Shown here one piece after another: positions 9,865-20,483 of a stretch of 64,000 nt of DNA. The stretch lies in the NCBI GenBank assembly GCA_965205025.1, contig CBDBFU010000014.1, positions 224,001 through 288,000 of the forward strand. The letters are read 5' to 3'. Numbering within the stretch: position 1 is the first letter of the stretch; every line of letters begins with the position of its first letter. The translations under genes were made by a program, and so were the position numbers. Origin of the DNA: Candidatus Poribacteria bacterium. GTDB taxonomy: Bacteria; Poribacteria; WGA-4E; WGA-3G. The notes under the pieces are model-generated. The model worked only from the letters and a program-made list of their open reading frames with translations, did no database searches and was not told the origin of the DNA.

Positions 9865-11031
9865 TCATTTTATAGTTGCCACAGCAAAATGTATAAGGTT
9901 TTCAAGCATATAGCGATTCTTTGCAGCTTTTTCTTTACTATTATTATGTAGGTTCGTTATCAGATACATACCTTTCCCATGTCGCAATTTAGCAACAACA
10001 ATTTCCTTTCCATTGTTTGTTGTTGCAAGTATCTCAAATCTATCATTCCAACCGCTCCATGAATCATCAAGGGCAAGTTGTCCAGAACGAATACGGTGTG
10101 GTGTCTTAAATAATGAACCTGCTAAAGATGTGGACTTGAAATCATTTCTGTGATTACTTTCAACCCCATTCAATTTATGTGGTAACCAACCAGTTTTACA
10201 AGGATTATCATCATCGCTGTCTTGTCCCGAAACAATGACAATACCACCATTTTTTACAAATTCTTTTATTTTTTTCTCTTGATTGTCATTAAGCCTGTAC
10301 CTCCCATCACGTCCAATAGATCTACATCCAATCCATAATATTTCAGCATTACTGAGTCCAGGCAAATTACGATCAGTTGTTTGATGATAAGAAATCCATT
10401 GCTTATCTACTTTATTTATCTCCGAGATAATTGGAATTTCTGCCTGATATCTTTCATCATGAAAAAGATGTAACTGTATAGCATTTTTACCAAGCATCGC
10501 ATTGAGTTCTTTTTGGAATTCTTGGGTTGAATCTCTTCGTGTGACTTGGTCTTTATTAAAGTATTTCTCAAAGTGTGTGAATCCCCACCAACCCCATTTT
10601 CCATTCTGTCTTGTGACTTGGGTTTGAAACCATTTTCCTCTTGTGTGTGCAAGACTATCAATTCTTCTATCATTTTTTAAATAAAAGATAATAATTGGTT
10701 CATCCACTTTTAGAAATTTGCTAATTTGGTCTCTGTGATCTTCCTCACCTTTATATACGTCAAACCTGATTTTGATCTCTTTGAAGTCACTTTTTCCTTT
10801 TAAATACTTCTCTACATTTACTGTGGCATTTTTTCGCTTAGTATTAACTTCTTTGACTGTGCCAAAAAGGACATTACTGCTTTCACCAATGATTTGGGGT
10901 ACAGTATAACGCTTTGTAATATAAGCATTAGCGTTATTCTGTGAAAAGAGTAATGTAATTAGACATACTGCTATTAAATATAATAGAAATCTGTAATATG
11001 ATAGTTTAGTATACTTACTTAATATATGCAC
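9865..11031 (-). CDS. Secreted hypothetical protein with C-terminal GATase-like (class I) fold
   Basis: Signal peptide; IKEFVKNGGIVIV and GKGMYLIT motifs. Confidence 0.6.
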   Translation of the reverse strand: MHILSKYTKLSYYRFLLYLIAVCLITLLFSQNNANAYITKRYTVPQIIGESSNVLFGTVKEVNTKRKNATVNVEKYLKGKSDFKEIKIRFDVYKGEEDHRDQISKFLKVDEPIIIFYLKNDRRIDSLAHTRGKWFQTQVTRQNGKWGWWGFTHFEKYFNKDQVTRRDSTQEFQKELNAMLGKNAIQLHLFHDERYQAEIPIISEINKVDKQWISYHQTTDRNLPGLSNAEILWIGCRSIGRDGRYRLNDNQEKKIKEFVKNGGIVIVSGQDSDDDNPCKTGWLPHKLNGVESNHRNDFKSTSLAGSLFKTPHRIRSGQLALDDSWSGWNDRFEILATTNNGKEIVVAKLRHGKGMYLITNLHNNSKEKAAKNRYMLENLIHFAVATIK

Positions 11032-11115
11032 GGCATGTCTCCTGTAATATCTATATAGTGTGGAATAAAGTTATAGGTTATTAGAAGGTATGTTGGTAAT
11101 AAATGGTAAATTAAT

Positions 11116-11436
11116 TTAGTCTAACTTCACAGCAGTACCAGTAGCTGTCACCATTAACATGCCATTACTACTTCCAAGTACCTGATAATCTATATCAATT
11201 CCTACTATTGCATCTGCATTCTGTTGTGATGCGATCTGTTCCATTTCCCGAATTGCAGTTTCACGTGCCTCGGTTAACTTACTCTCATAAGCTTCTGATC
11301 TCCCACCGATCATATCAGTTATACCCGCAAGAAAATCACGGACGATATTCGCACCCATAATTGTCTCACCAGTTACCAATCCCATGTATTCCACGATTTG
11401 TCTGCCTTCAATCGAATTTGTTGTCGTCGTAATCAT
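11116..11436 (-). CDS. YbjQ/UPF0145 family protein
   Basis: [16 protein letters not shown] and [11 protein letters not shown] motifs; ATG overlaps upstream TAA. Confidence 0.92.
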   Translation of the reverse strand: MITTTTNSIEGRQIVEYMGLVTGETIMGANIVRDFLAGITDMIGGRSEAYESKLTEARETAIREMEQIASQQNADAIVGIDIDYQVLGSSNGMLMVTATGTAVKLD

Positions 11437-12545
11437 TATTGTGCCTTCCCTCTTGCAGCGATATCCCAACAACATACTACAATGTTGTCTCGAATTCCAT
11501 AAGACTTGTCATGTAAATTTACGGTAGTGCAACAATGTGTAGGTAATATTTCAAACTTATCTCCAGGTTTTAAGTTAATATCACCATTGGATACTTCAAT
11601 TTTTCCATGTTCCTCGGAAAGTCCTACCAATTCAAGATTGGAAAAACCAATTGGTTGTGGATTGCCAAACTCAGTTGTCAGTACTTTCATTCCTGAATCT
11701 ACAATAATACGATTCTGTTGGGGTCGACTTACAACTGTGGTAAGTACGGATAAAGCGTAATCGAATTTCTCACCTATTCCTTCTACTCCACTGTATGTTG
11801 AATCCATAAATACATACGAGCCTGCCTGTATTTCAGTCATTTCAGGGATACGACTTGTTATATCAAATGTACCGGTTCCACCACCGCTCATTATATTTAC
11901 AGGGATACCATTATTTTCAAGAAGATTCTTGGATTCAACCAAGTGTTGCATATCATTTTTTACTGCTTTTTCTCTATCAGCGCGCTCTGTTCTCGCTACT
12001 ATATGACCTTCATACCCCATCAATCCTTCAAATTCTAAGTTTGGACTCTTACAAATCTGCTGTGCTAATTCAAGGGTAGGTTGTCCTGGTTCAACTCCAC
12101 AACGGTTCATACCAATGTTAACTTCAATTAGAATCCTGACTTTTACTCCTTTTGACTTTGCAGCATCAGAGATATTCTGCACATTATCGGAGTTATCAAC
12201 TGCAACCATGATTTCTGATCGAGCTGCAAGGTTGATAAGTCTTTCTATTTTTTGGACACCAACTATCTGATTGGCAATCAGAACATCATGAATTCCTGTA
12301 TCAACAACTGCTTCTGCTTCACCTAATTTTGCACATGTAATTCCAATTGCACCAGCATCCAACTGTTTCTGAGCAATAATTGGGGTTTTATGTGTTTTTA
12401 GATGTGGTCTGAGATCTGTAGAAATACCAGAAAAATAATCCGCCATATTCTGGATATTACTTTCCAATATATCCAGATTAATTAATAGTGCTGGGGTATC
12501 TAATTCAGTCTTGTGTTTTCCAAGAAATGATTGAGTATCTGACAT
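11436..12545 (-). CDS. DSD1-family PLP enzyme (D-threonine aldolase/D-serine dehydratase-like)
   Basis: [20 protein letters not shown] and [12 protein letters not shown] motifs. Confidence 0.9.
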   Translation of the reverse strand: MSDTQSFLGKHKTELDTPALLINLDILESNIQNMADYFSGISTDLRPHLKTHKTPIIAQKQLDAGAIGITCAKLGEAEAVVDTGIHDVLIANQIVGVQKIERLINLAARSEIMVAVDNSDNVQNISDAAKSKGVKVRILIEVNIGMNRCGVEPGQPTLELAQQICKSPNLEFEGLMGYEGHIVARTERADREKAVKNDMQHLVESKNLLENNGIPVNIMSGGGTGTFDITSRIPEMTEIQAGSYVFMDSTYSGVEGIGEKFDYALSVLTTVVSRPQQNRIIVDSGMKVLTTEFGNPQPIGFSNLELVGLSEEHGKIEVSNGDINLKPGDKFEILPTHCCTTVNLHDKSYGIRDNIVVCCWDIAARGKAQ

Positions 12546-12555
12546 CTTCGTTCAG

Positions 12556-13509
12556 TTAAAGTTGTTTTACAGGATTTGATAATGTTCCGAAACCATCAAT
12601 TTCTATTTTTACAATATCTCCGGCAGCCAAGGGAAGGTCGTTAGGTACGATTATACCTGTACCAGTTGTAACCACTGTTCCAAAGGGTATAGGGTTATCC
12701 CGCATCAGGAACTCAGAAAGTTGTTCAAATTTCCAATTAATTTGTGAAGTATTAACTTCTCCTACGTATAATTCTTTTTCATCTCGAAGAATAGTACATT
12801 TCATCTGAAGGTTGTATGGATCATCCACTTCAGAAGTGGTTACAAACATTGGACCCAGCGCACAACAGCCAGCATATACTTTCGATTGCGGTAGGTATAA
12901 CGGGTTGTCGCGTTCAATATCCCAGGCAGAGACATCATTGCAGAGAGTATAACCTAATATCTCACCATCCATACCAAGTATATATGCAAGTTCTGGTTCT
13001 GCTGCTGTAAGATTTGAATCACTACGTATACCTATATATCCGTTAGGTCCAACGCATCGAGGCGGTGTCGCTTTGAAAAATATCTCAGGTCTATCTGCAT
13101 GATATACACGACTGTATATATCTTGTTCACTATCATCATCCCGCATATCAGCACTACGTTTATATGTAACACCACATCCCCAAACCTCAGGTGAATCTAT
13201 GGGCGACAATAGATAGGGTAAATCATCTGCTGGTGAAATATTTAACTTATCTAAGGTTAAACCCCCATCTTCTGATGATTCGGCTTCAGGTATCGGGTTT
13301 GTGGGAAATCTGATTGGTTTAGGTGTTGAAGTCTGTTCCTGTATATCTGCAAGCAATACACCTAAACTAACTCGTTCTTTATTAGCAAGTTCAAGAATTT
13401 CTAACACACCAGGTGATTCATCGCTTGTAACATCTATTACTTCATTCTCACGGGTAACAATTCCTACACGTTTTCCTATACTTGGCAGATGAAATTGGAT
13501 TAGTTTCAT
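12556..13509 (-). CDS. Fumarylacetoacetate hydrolase family (2-keto-3-deoxy-pentonate dehydratase-like)
   Basis: EVWGCGVTYKRS, RPEIFFK and NPLYLPQSK motifs. Confidence 0.88.
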   Translation of the reverse strand: MKLIQFHLPSIGKRVGIVTRENEVIDVTSDESPGVLEILELANKERVSLGVLLADIQEQTSTPKPIRFPTNPIPEAESSEDGGLTLDKLNISPADDLPYLLSPIDSPEVWGCGVTYKRSADMRDDDSEQDIYSRVYHADRPEIFFKATPPRCVGPNGYIGIRSDSNLTAAEPELAYILGMDGEILGYTLCNDVSAWDIERDNPLYLPQSKVYAGCCALGPMFVTTSEVDDPYNLQMKCTILRDEKELYVGEVNTSQINWKFEQLSEFLMRDNPIPFGTVVTTGTGIIVPNDLPLAAGDIVKIEIDGFGTLSNPVKQL

Positions 13510-13619
13510 GATACTCCGAACAAACAGTTATAAACATAAAGGTAATTAAAATACCATTTAACAAACTTTATATGTAACAAACTTTATATGCCGTATATTT
13601 AGACCTGTTTTTATATAAC

Positions 13620-14234
13620 CTATGATGAAGGAACCAGTAATGATTTCTCAAGATATAATACGACTTCTTGGGCGGATTCAAGGATATCCAGTTGTGACGT
13701 GTCAATGACAACTTCTGCGTTATTAGGAGCTTCGTAGGGGGCACTGATACCAGTAAATTCCTTAATCTCACCTGAACGGGCTTTCTTATATAGTCCTTTT
13801 GGATCACGTTGTTCGCACACATCAAGAGGACAATCCACATATACTTCAACAAATCTATTTTCTGTTAGAAGGTCTCTTGCTTGATCTCGATCTGCGCGGT
13901 AAGGAGAAATAAATGCAGTCATGACAATTGTGCCAGCATCTACAAATAATTTTGCAACTTCTCCTACTCGTCGTATGTTTTCTTCTCTATCTTCTGGAGA
14001 AAAACCCAAATTCTTGTTTAATCCATGTCGAACATTATCACCATCTAATACATAGGTATGGTGATTGCGTTCGTGTAATAGATGTGCTACTGTGTTTGCT
14101 AACGTTGATTTTCCTGATCCTGATAGTCCTGTAAACCAAATTACACAACCCTTTTGGTTGAGTAGTTCCTCTCTATCTTCCATAGAGACAGTCATTTCAT
14201 GCCATGTAATATTAGTTGCTCTCTGTTCTGCCAA
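13620..14234 (-). CDS. cysC: Adenylyl-sulfate kinase
   Basis: [29 protein letters not shown] and [11 protein letters not shown] motifs. Confidence 0.97.
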   Translation of the reverse strand: MAEQRATNITWHEMTVSMEDREELLNQKGCVIWFTGLSGSGKSTLANTVAHLLHERNHHTYVLDGDNVRHGLNKNLGFSPEDREENIRRVGEVAKLFVDAGTIVMTAFISPYRADRDQARDLLTENRFVEVYVDCPLDVCEQRDPKGLYKKARSGEIKEFTGISAPYEAPNNAEVVIDTSQLDILESAQEVVLYLEKSLLVPSS

Positions 14235-14758
14235 TCGATTTTCCCTCGTAAAATATTAAATTATTGCATGCAATATACATTATATAGTTGTCCTTATAAT
14301 CACATCCTGTATAAATACATTTGATGTATAAGTATACCAGATAGAATAGCGAAGTGCAAACTATATTTGAGAGTATTCAATATTTAACGAACTTAGTTAC
14401 AACGCAGTGTACTATTAACATTTAGTGTTTTACATTTCACATACCCGTCCCGTTTGGGTTCAATTCTAAGACTTTCTGATACCTGAAAACTTCAAAGGTA
14501 TGAGGGAACTCCTATTCCCAACTACAAACAGGCCACAATTCGGAGATCGCTCTTACATATATGAACATTTATGAAATGCAACAAAACTGCTGTCTAACTG
14601 ATACAAAACGATACTAAGTAAATAATATTACTTGAATTTCGAATTATTGGTTTAGTTGTAATTAAATATGGTTATTTTGGCTTCTATTTTAATTTGGTTT
14701 TATAGATATATCATGTTATTATTTATTAACTATATAAGCAAGATATTATTATGTCATT

Positions 14759-15235
14759 TTGGAGGTATTTATGGCAGAAAAAGGAAGCGCAGCTCCAGAT
14801 TTTACTTTATCAGGATCAAATAATCAAGATGATACGGAAGTTTCATTAGGTGATTATAAAGGGAAGAAATTAGTAGTTTTATTTTATCCCCTTGATTTCT
14901 CACCAGTGTGTTCGGAACAGGTCCCCGATTTCAATGAGAATTTAGAAGCAATTAGAGCAAAAGGTGCTGACGTAGTTGCTATAAGTCGAGATTCAACCTT
15001 TGCACACAAAGCATGGAGTGAAACCCTTGGTGGTGTAGATTTTCCACTCCTTTCAGATATGAATCTTGAAGTATCAAAGAAATTTGGAATGGCACTTGAA
15101 GAAGTAGGTATTACAACTCGAGGTGTATTTATAATTGATCAATCTGGAAATATAGCATTTAAACACGTTGAAGATGCACCACCAGATAATACATTGACTG
15201 CTAAACAGGTTGTTGAAGAACTTGATAATTTGTAG
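14759..15235 (+). CDS. Peroxiredoxin (AhpC/TSA, AhpE-like)
   Basis: FYPLDFSPVC active site; likely start ATG at 14771. Confidence 0.9.
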   Translation: MEVFMAEKGSAAPDFTLSGSNNQDDTEVSLGDYKGKKLVVLFYPLDFSPVCSEQVPDFNENLEAIRAKGADVVAISRDSTFAHKAWSETLGGVDFPLLSDMNLEVSKKFGMALEEVGITTRGVFIIDQSGNIAFKHVEDAPPDNTLTAKQVVEELDNL

Positions 15236-15396
15236 GTCTTGCTACATCATGATAGGAAGGGATGGGTAATCTTAATTATCCGTCCTTTCTATATAGTCCA
15301 CATACGACTTTATCAGAGAGTAGTATAATTCTAAAACTTCAGTCACATCCTGTCTTTAAACACCTATTTTATTATCTTTTCTATACTATCTATTTC

Positions 15397-15425
15397 TTGA
15401 CAATCCACCCATGATATGGTATAAT
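15397..15425 (+). promoter_or_regulatory. Sigma-70 promoter of tRNA-Gly
   Basis: TTGACA-17 bp-TATAAT with extended TG. Confidence 0.85.
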
Positions 15426-15438
15426 TCCTATGATGGGT

Positions 15439-15510
15439 GCGGGTGTAGCTCAGCGGTAGAGCATCAGCTTCCCAAGCTGAGGGTCGCGGGTTCAATTCCC
15501 GTCACCCGCT
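15439..15510 (+). tRNA. tRNA-Gly(CCC)
   Basis: Cloverleaf with GCGGGTG/CACCCGC acceptor stem, anticodon arm TCAGC-TTCCCAA-GCTGA, GGTTCAA T-loop; CCA not encoded. Confidence 0.96.
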
Positions 15511-15538
15511 TGTAAGTCATAAAATCATTGAGGATATC

Positions 15539-16687
15539 ATGTCACAAAAAAGACGTATAATGAATGAAGAAATAAAACAAGAGGATAAGTTTATTGATCT
15601 TGTTTTTGCATGTTATTCATTCATAAAAGACAATGCTAAGATAATTACGATTGTTACTGCAGTGGTAATTGTTGGAGTTGTTGGGTATATTGTCTATAAT
15701 CAGAATCAGGAAAACACTTACGCTAAGGCATCCGCCCATTATTCTGAAGCAATCACTACATATAAAGATGCAGAGAAAGATTTCTTAGACACATCTGCAC
15801 CCACTGATGAAACTGAAAATAAGGAAGAAACTGAAAAACCTACATTTCCTGAAGCCGAAGAAAAACTTAAGGCGTTTTTCCAGAAATATCCTAATACTAT
15901 ATTTGCAGATAAAGCACGTTACCAATATGCCAAAAGTCTATATTATCAAGAAAAATATCCTGAGGCACGGAATGAATTTCAGGTAGTAGTGGACAATCAT
16001 AAAGCAGAAAATGAACTTATTGCATTGTATGCACAAAAGGCTATTGGCAACTGTTACGAACAAGAGAAAAACTACACTAAAGCAATTTCCGCCTATGAAG
16101 CAAATTCATTTCCGACAACCTCGAATCTCTCTACACAAATTAGACAGTATGTCATAACTGGTGCAAAATTCAATCAAGCTCTCTGTTATGAAAAGCTCAA
16201 TGAAATTGAAGATGCTAAAGTCGCATATCAAGATGTTATTGACGAATTTGAAAAAACAATACAGTCTGGTTTAGATCAGAAAAGTCATGATTTACTCAAT
16301 CATGCAAAAGATGTAATCAGTGTTATTGAAGATTCAATAGATCTAACACAAGCCACAAAATTAGAGACTGATGAGCTTTTCTTTGATGCACTTATAGCCT
16401 ATACAGATGTAATACGGGATTACAAGGTATCAAAGGATATTAGCCATGGGTTGCCAAAAGATATTCGTAAACGCATCAAAATTTACGAAGATTTAGCAAC
16501 ATCCTTTATTAAAAATGTACAATTAGCAAAGGAAGCAGAAAAAAATGAAAACCATAGTTCTGCATTGAATAGTTACAATCGAATTACAAACCTAACAGAT
16601 TTAGGATTAAATAGAAATGTTTATGAACGCGCTCATCTGAATTATGACCGTCTAAATCTTTCAGCACAAGTGGTGTCAAATGAATAA
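15539..16687 (+). CDS. Membrane-anchored TPR protein (YfgM-like)
   Basis: N-terminal TM helix followed by TPR repeats. Confidence 0.75.
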   Translation: MSQKRRIMNEEIKQEDKFIDLVFACYSFIKDNAKIITIVTAVVIVGVVGYIVYNQNQENTYAKASAHYSEAITTYKDAEKDFLDTSAPTDETENKEETEKPTFPEAEEKLKAFFQKYPNTIFADKARYQYAKSLYYQEKYPEARNEFQVVVDNHKAENELIALYAQKAIGNCYEQEKNYTKAISAYEANSFPTTSNLSTQIRQYVITGAKFNQALCYEKLNEIEDAKVAYQDVIDEFEKTIQSGLDQKSHDLLNHAKDVISVIEDSIDLTQATKLETDELFFDALIAYTDVIRDYKVSKDISHGLPKDIRKRIKIYEDLATSFIKNVQLAKEAEKNENHSSALNSYNRITNLTDLGLNRNVYERAHLNYDRLNLSAQVVSNE

Positions 16688-17687
16688 TTCAAGCTATAAT
16701 ATAATACAAACAAAAGTAAGAAATGCAATTTCATTAACTATATTTTGTGTATTGCTGATTTTTCCACTGAATGTTTACGCTCAACCACAAGGTAGAATTG
16801 CGTATGCCGTATCTGGATTCAATGACAAAGTAGGTAGATTAGATTTTAATCTCCATATGACAACTTTCACACCAGATGGGGATTATAAGACCCTACCCTT
16901 AAACCAAACAGGAATGTATCCTGCTTGGGGACCAAAAGGGGATACTCTCTACTTCATTCAGCGCGCTGCCACCCAATCAGATGTATATTCAATAGATATC
17001 AATAACCCAAGGAATAAAACGAAACACACCCCTATTAGTGGGACATACAGATTCCTTGCAGTATCACCAAATGGTAAGAAGTTGGCATTTAACGGCTGGA
17101 CAAATGAACAAAAACAACAAGACAACCAGATTTGGGTACTTGATATTGCTTCCGGTGAAATGGAAGTGATGACACAAATTCCTCATTTTGGTAGATCCTT
17201 CTTTTTTTGGGGCATTACTTGGTCACCAAATAGTAAACAACTTGCCTTCTCTCTGGAAAGATCAGGTGGTTTAGATCAATTATACATATTAGATACTGAA
17301 ACAAAAGAGATTGATATATTAACAGAACTAAATATTGATTTATATCCGGTATGGGCACCAGATGGGAAGAGTATTTTGTTCCGCAGATGGAATAGGGAAT
17401 TTGATACCTTAACTACTATTGATGTTGAGACACGAGCCATCAAACCTTTATTTGATGTTGATAAATTTACAGGTATGTGGACAGATTGGTCGTTTGACGG
17501 ACAACAAATTATCTATTCTCGTTGGGGTGTTTTTTATCTTCATAATCTTGAAGATGGAAAGACTGAGCAATTGTTTGAAATTGAAGGTAGTATATTTGTG
17601 ATTTCATGGTGGAAACATGAGGTATTACCTGTGGCACCACGAGAAAAATTAGCTACCACATGGGGAACTGTAAAACAAAGGAATTGA
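16680..17687 (+). CDS. TolB-like (PD40) beta-propeller secreted protein
   Basis: WSPNSKQLAF and WAPDGKSI repeats; ends PVAPREKLATTWGTVK. Confidence 0.8.
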   Translation: MNNSSYNIIQTKVRNAISLTIFCVLLIFPLNVYAQPQGRIAYAVSGFNDKVGRLDFNLHMTTFTPDGDYKTLPLNQTGMYPAWGPKGDTLYFIQRAATQSDVYSIDINNPRNKTKHTPISGTYRFLAVSPNGKKLAFNGWTNEQKQQDNQIWVLDIASGEMEVMTQIPHFGRSFFFWGITWSPNSKQLAFSLERSGGLDQLYILDTETKEIDILTELNIDLYPVWAPDGKSILFRRWNREFDTLTTIDVETRAIKPLFDVDKFTGMWTDWSFDGQQIIYSRWGVFYLHNLEDGKTEQLFEIEGSIFVISWWKHEVLPVAPREKLATTWGTVKQRN

Positions 17688-18014
17688 CTGTTTCTCTATT
17701 TACTGATAAAACAAACCCAGAATTAGTTCGGAAGTATAGTGGCACAAATCTGAATGTTCTGTGAACAAAAATTAACACTTTAAAATACTCCGTATAAAAT
17801 AACAAATTAAATCAAATTCTTATCTGATTAAAGCTTGTATTTCCCTCATGGTGAATATGAATCTACATTGAAGAGATAAGGTGTCCGCCTTTAAAAGTGT
17901 AGGTAATGGTTGGGTTAAGTTAATTAGGATAGAATTGTTTTGGAATTTCATTTACTTAGGAGTTTCCATAAATACATCGCCTTAATAGTATTTAGACAAT
18001 GAAAGGTTACACCG

Positions 18015-20465
18015 ATGATTCCTATCGTAGAACAAGCCTTAGAATACGATAAAGTCAAAGTACTCCTAAAAAAATATACTGTCTCAGAGCTGGGAAATAC
18101 GCGGATAGATAATCTTACCCCCTCTAAATCTCTGGACTTGATTCGTTATGAATTGACATTATGTTCTGAGGTAAAGAAATTTCAAGAACGCTGCGGAGAC
18201 CTTCCATTAGCTGGACTAACAGATATAGCTAAAACGCTTACCCATGCATCTAAAACAGGTACCATTTTAGATCCAGAAGAATTCCTAAACATAACAAGAG
18301 TTGCTCAACTCCCCTCTCAAATAAAGCAAAAAACCTATAATCAAAACACAGAAGAATTCCCATACTTATTTGAAATTGTTAGATCACTTCCAAAGTTTGA
18401 TGAGCTTGTTGACTCTATCAACAATTGTATTAGTTCTGAAGGTATTTTACTTGACCGTGCAAGTAAAGAACTACGTTCTATCCGGCAAAGACTCAGAAAG
18501 ATACGTAGTAACATTCATGATAAGTTAGAGACAATTCTTCGCTCACCAGATCATCAAAAATCCATTCAAGAATCTGTCATAACATCACGAAATAATCGTT
18601 TTGTTATTCCAATTAAGCAAGATGCAAGGGCATTTTTCAATGGAGTTGTCCAGGGACAATCCACCAGTGGTGCAACGTACTTTATTGAACCATTATCCGT
18701 TGTTGAAATGAATAACTCCTTACATGATGCAACTGAAACTGAACAACGTGAAATTCGACGGATATTACTTGAATTAACTGACCAATTACGAGAACAATTA
18801 CCAGAACTTGAGCAAGCACTTAATATACTTGGAGATCTTGATTTCTTATCAGCAAAAGCACGTTTTAGTCAAGAACTCAATGCCATTGAACCAAAAATAA
18901 ATAAAAACGGGAATGTCAATCTAAGAAAAGCACGGCATCCGCTATTGGAATTTCAAACACGTCAAAATCGAGAAACGATACAGAAGAAAACTGATGATTC
19001 AATTATATCTGATGAAAAAGATAGATCAAGATTACCAAAACGGGTGATTCCAACTAATATTCATATTGGACGAGATTTTAATACACTCGTTATTACAGGA
19101 CCAAATACCGGTGGAAAAACTGTAGTCTTAAAAACCGTGGGTTTACTATGTATGATGGTACAGTCTGGTCTCCACATTCCTGCAGCAGCAAATAGTGAGT
19201 TGCCAATTTTTGATCATATCTTTGCCGATATTGGTGATGACCAAGGGATTGAACATAATCTAAGCACTTTCTCCTCACATATATCCAAAATAGCAAAAAT
19301 GTTGAAAGAAATTGAAGAATCGGAGTCAACCCATTCCTTAGTACTGTTAGATGAAATCGGCGCAGGAACAGACCCTACAGAAGGTACAGCCATCGGCATG
19401 GCTATCCTCTCATGGCTATCTGAAAGAGATGTTAGAACCATTGTTACTACCCATTATGGTGCTCTCAAGGCATTTACACATACACATCATAAAATGGAAA
19501 ACGCATCTATGGAGTTTGATTCAACTACACTCAGTCCTACATATCGTTTGAGAATTGGGGTGCCTGGGAGTAGCAACGCAATTAAGATTGCTGAACAACT
19601 CGGTCTACCTAACAGTATTCTTACAACCGCTGAAACCTTTTTTGGCAATCATAATATTGCTGTCGAAGATCTATTAATGGAATTACAGGAGACACAACAG
19701 GATTTAGAAACAAAACGTAAGGAACTGCAAGAAAAGATCCATCTCTCAGAATCAGAACATCAGAAATATAAAGAACTAATTGAATCACTTAATTCGGAAC
19801 ATAAGACACTCCAAGAAAAGGCTGAAAAGGAAGCGTTCGAAATCATCTCATCCGCTCGAAAAACTGTTGATAATGTCGTATCTGACATTCGACGTGAACA
19901 AGCCTCCAAAGAAAGCATTCGGGAGGCATTTAACAAAATTGAAAACGCGAAAAAACAGCTTAAACCTGCCCCTCCTGTAATACCTCAGACAAAGAAAATA
20001 CCCATTCTACAAATTGGAGACAAAGTACGAATAATTAAACTAAACCGATTCGGTGAGGTAACTGCTATTGCTAAACAAGGACAAACCCCTATACGTATCA
20101 GTGTCGGTAAAATGCAGATGAATCTTTCATATAACGATATAGACAATGTAGTATCTAAGAAAGAAGCACGACATCTTACCCCATCTGTTCTTGAGTTACA
20201 ACATAGCAAAGCTAATCAAGTAAAAGAAGAACTTTGTATTCATGGTATGCTTGTTAAAGAAGGATTAGATATTACTGATAAATATTTGGATGATGCTTAC
20301 CTTGCCGGATTATTAAAGGTCAGAATTCTTCATGGAAAAGGTACAGGGGCATTAAGAAATGCAGTACATCAAGTGTTAAACGAAAACCCTCATGTAGGTA
20401 ATTATGAATATGCCCCGCCAAGTGAAGGTGGCGAAGGTGTTACAGTCGTAAAATTCAAAGAATGA
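18015..20465 (+). CDS. mutS2: Endonuclease MutS2
   Basis: ITGPNTGGKT, DEIGAGTDPTEG and C-terminal Smr domain HGKGTGAL. Confidence 0.96.
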   Translation: MIPIVEQALEYDKVKVLLKKYTVSELGNTRIDNLTPSKSLDLIRYELTLCSEVKKFQERCGDLPLAGLTDIAKTLTHASKTGTILDPEEFLNITRVAQLPSQIKQKTYNQNTEEFPYLFEIVRSLPKFDELVDSINNCISSEGILLDRASKELRSIRQRLRKIRSNIHDKLETILRSPDHQKSIQESVITSRNNRFVIPIKQDARAFFNGVVQGQSTSGATYFIEPLSVVEMNNSLHDATETEQREIRRILLELTDQLREQLPELEQALNILGDLDFLSAKARFSQELNAIEPKINKNGNVNLRKARHPLLEFQTRQNRETIQKKTDDSIISDEKDRSRLPKRVIPTNIHIGRDFNTLVITGPNTGGKTVVLKTVGLLCMMVQSGLHIPAAANSELPIFDHIFADIGDDQGIEHNLSTFSSHISKIAKMLKEIEESESTHSLVLLDEIGAGTDPTEGTAIGMAILSWLSERDVRTIVTTHYGALKAFTHTHHKMENASMEFDSTTLSPTYRLRIGVPGSSNAIKIAEQLGLPNSILTTAETFFGNHNIAVEDLLMELQETQQDLETKRKELQEKIHLSESEHQKYKELIESLNSEHKTLQEKAEKEAFEIISSARKTVDNVVSDIRREQASKESIREAFNKIENAKKQLKPAPPVIPQTKKIPILQIGDKVRIIKLNRFGEVTAIAKQGQTPIRISVGKMQMNLSYNDIDNVVSKKEARHLTPSVLELQHSKANQVKEELCIHGMLVKEGLDITDKYLDDAYLAGLLKVRILHGKGTGALRNAVHQVLNENPHVGNYEYAPPSEGGEGVTVVKFKE

Positions 20466-20483
20466 GAACTCATAGAAGAAAAA

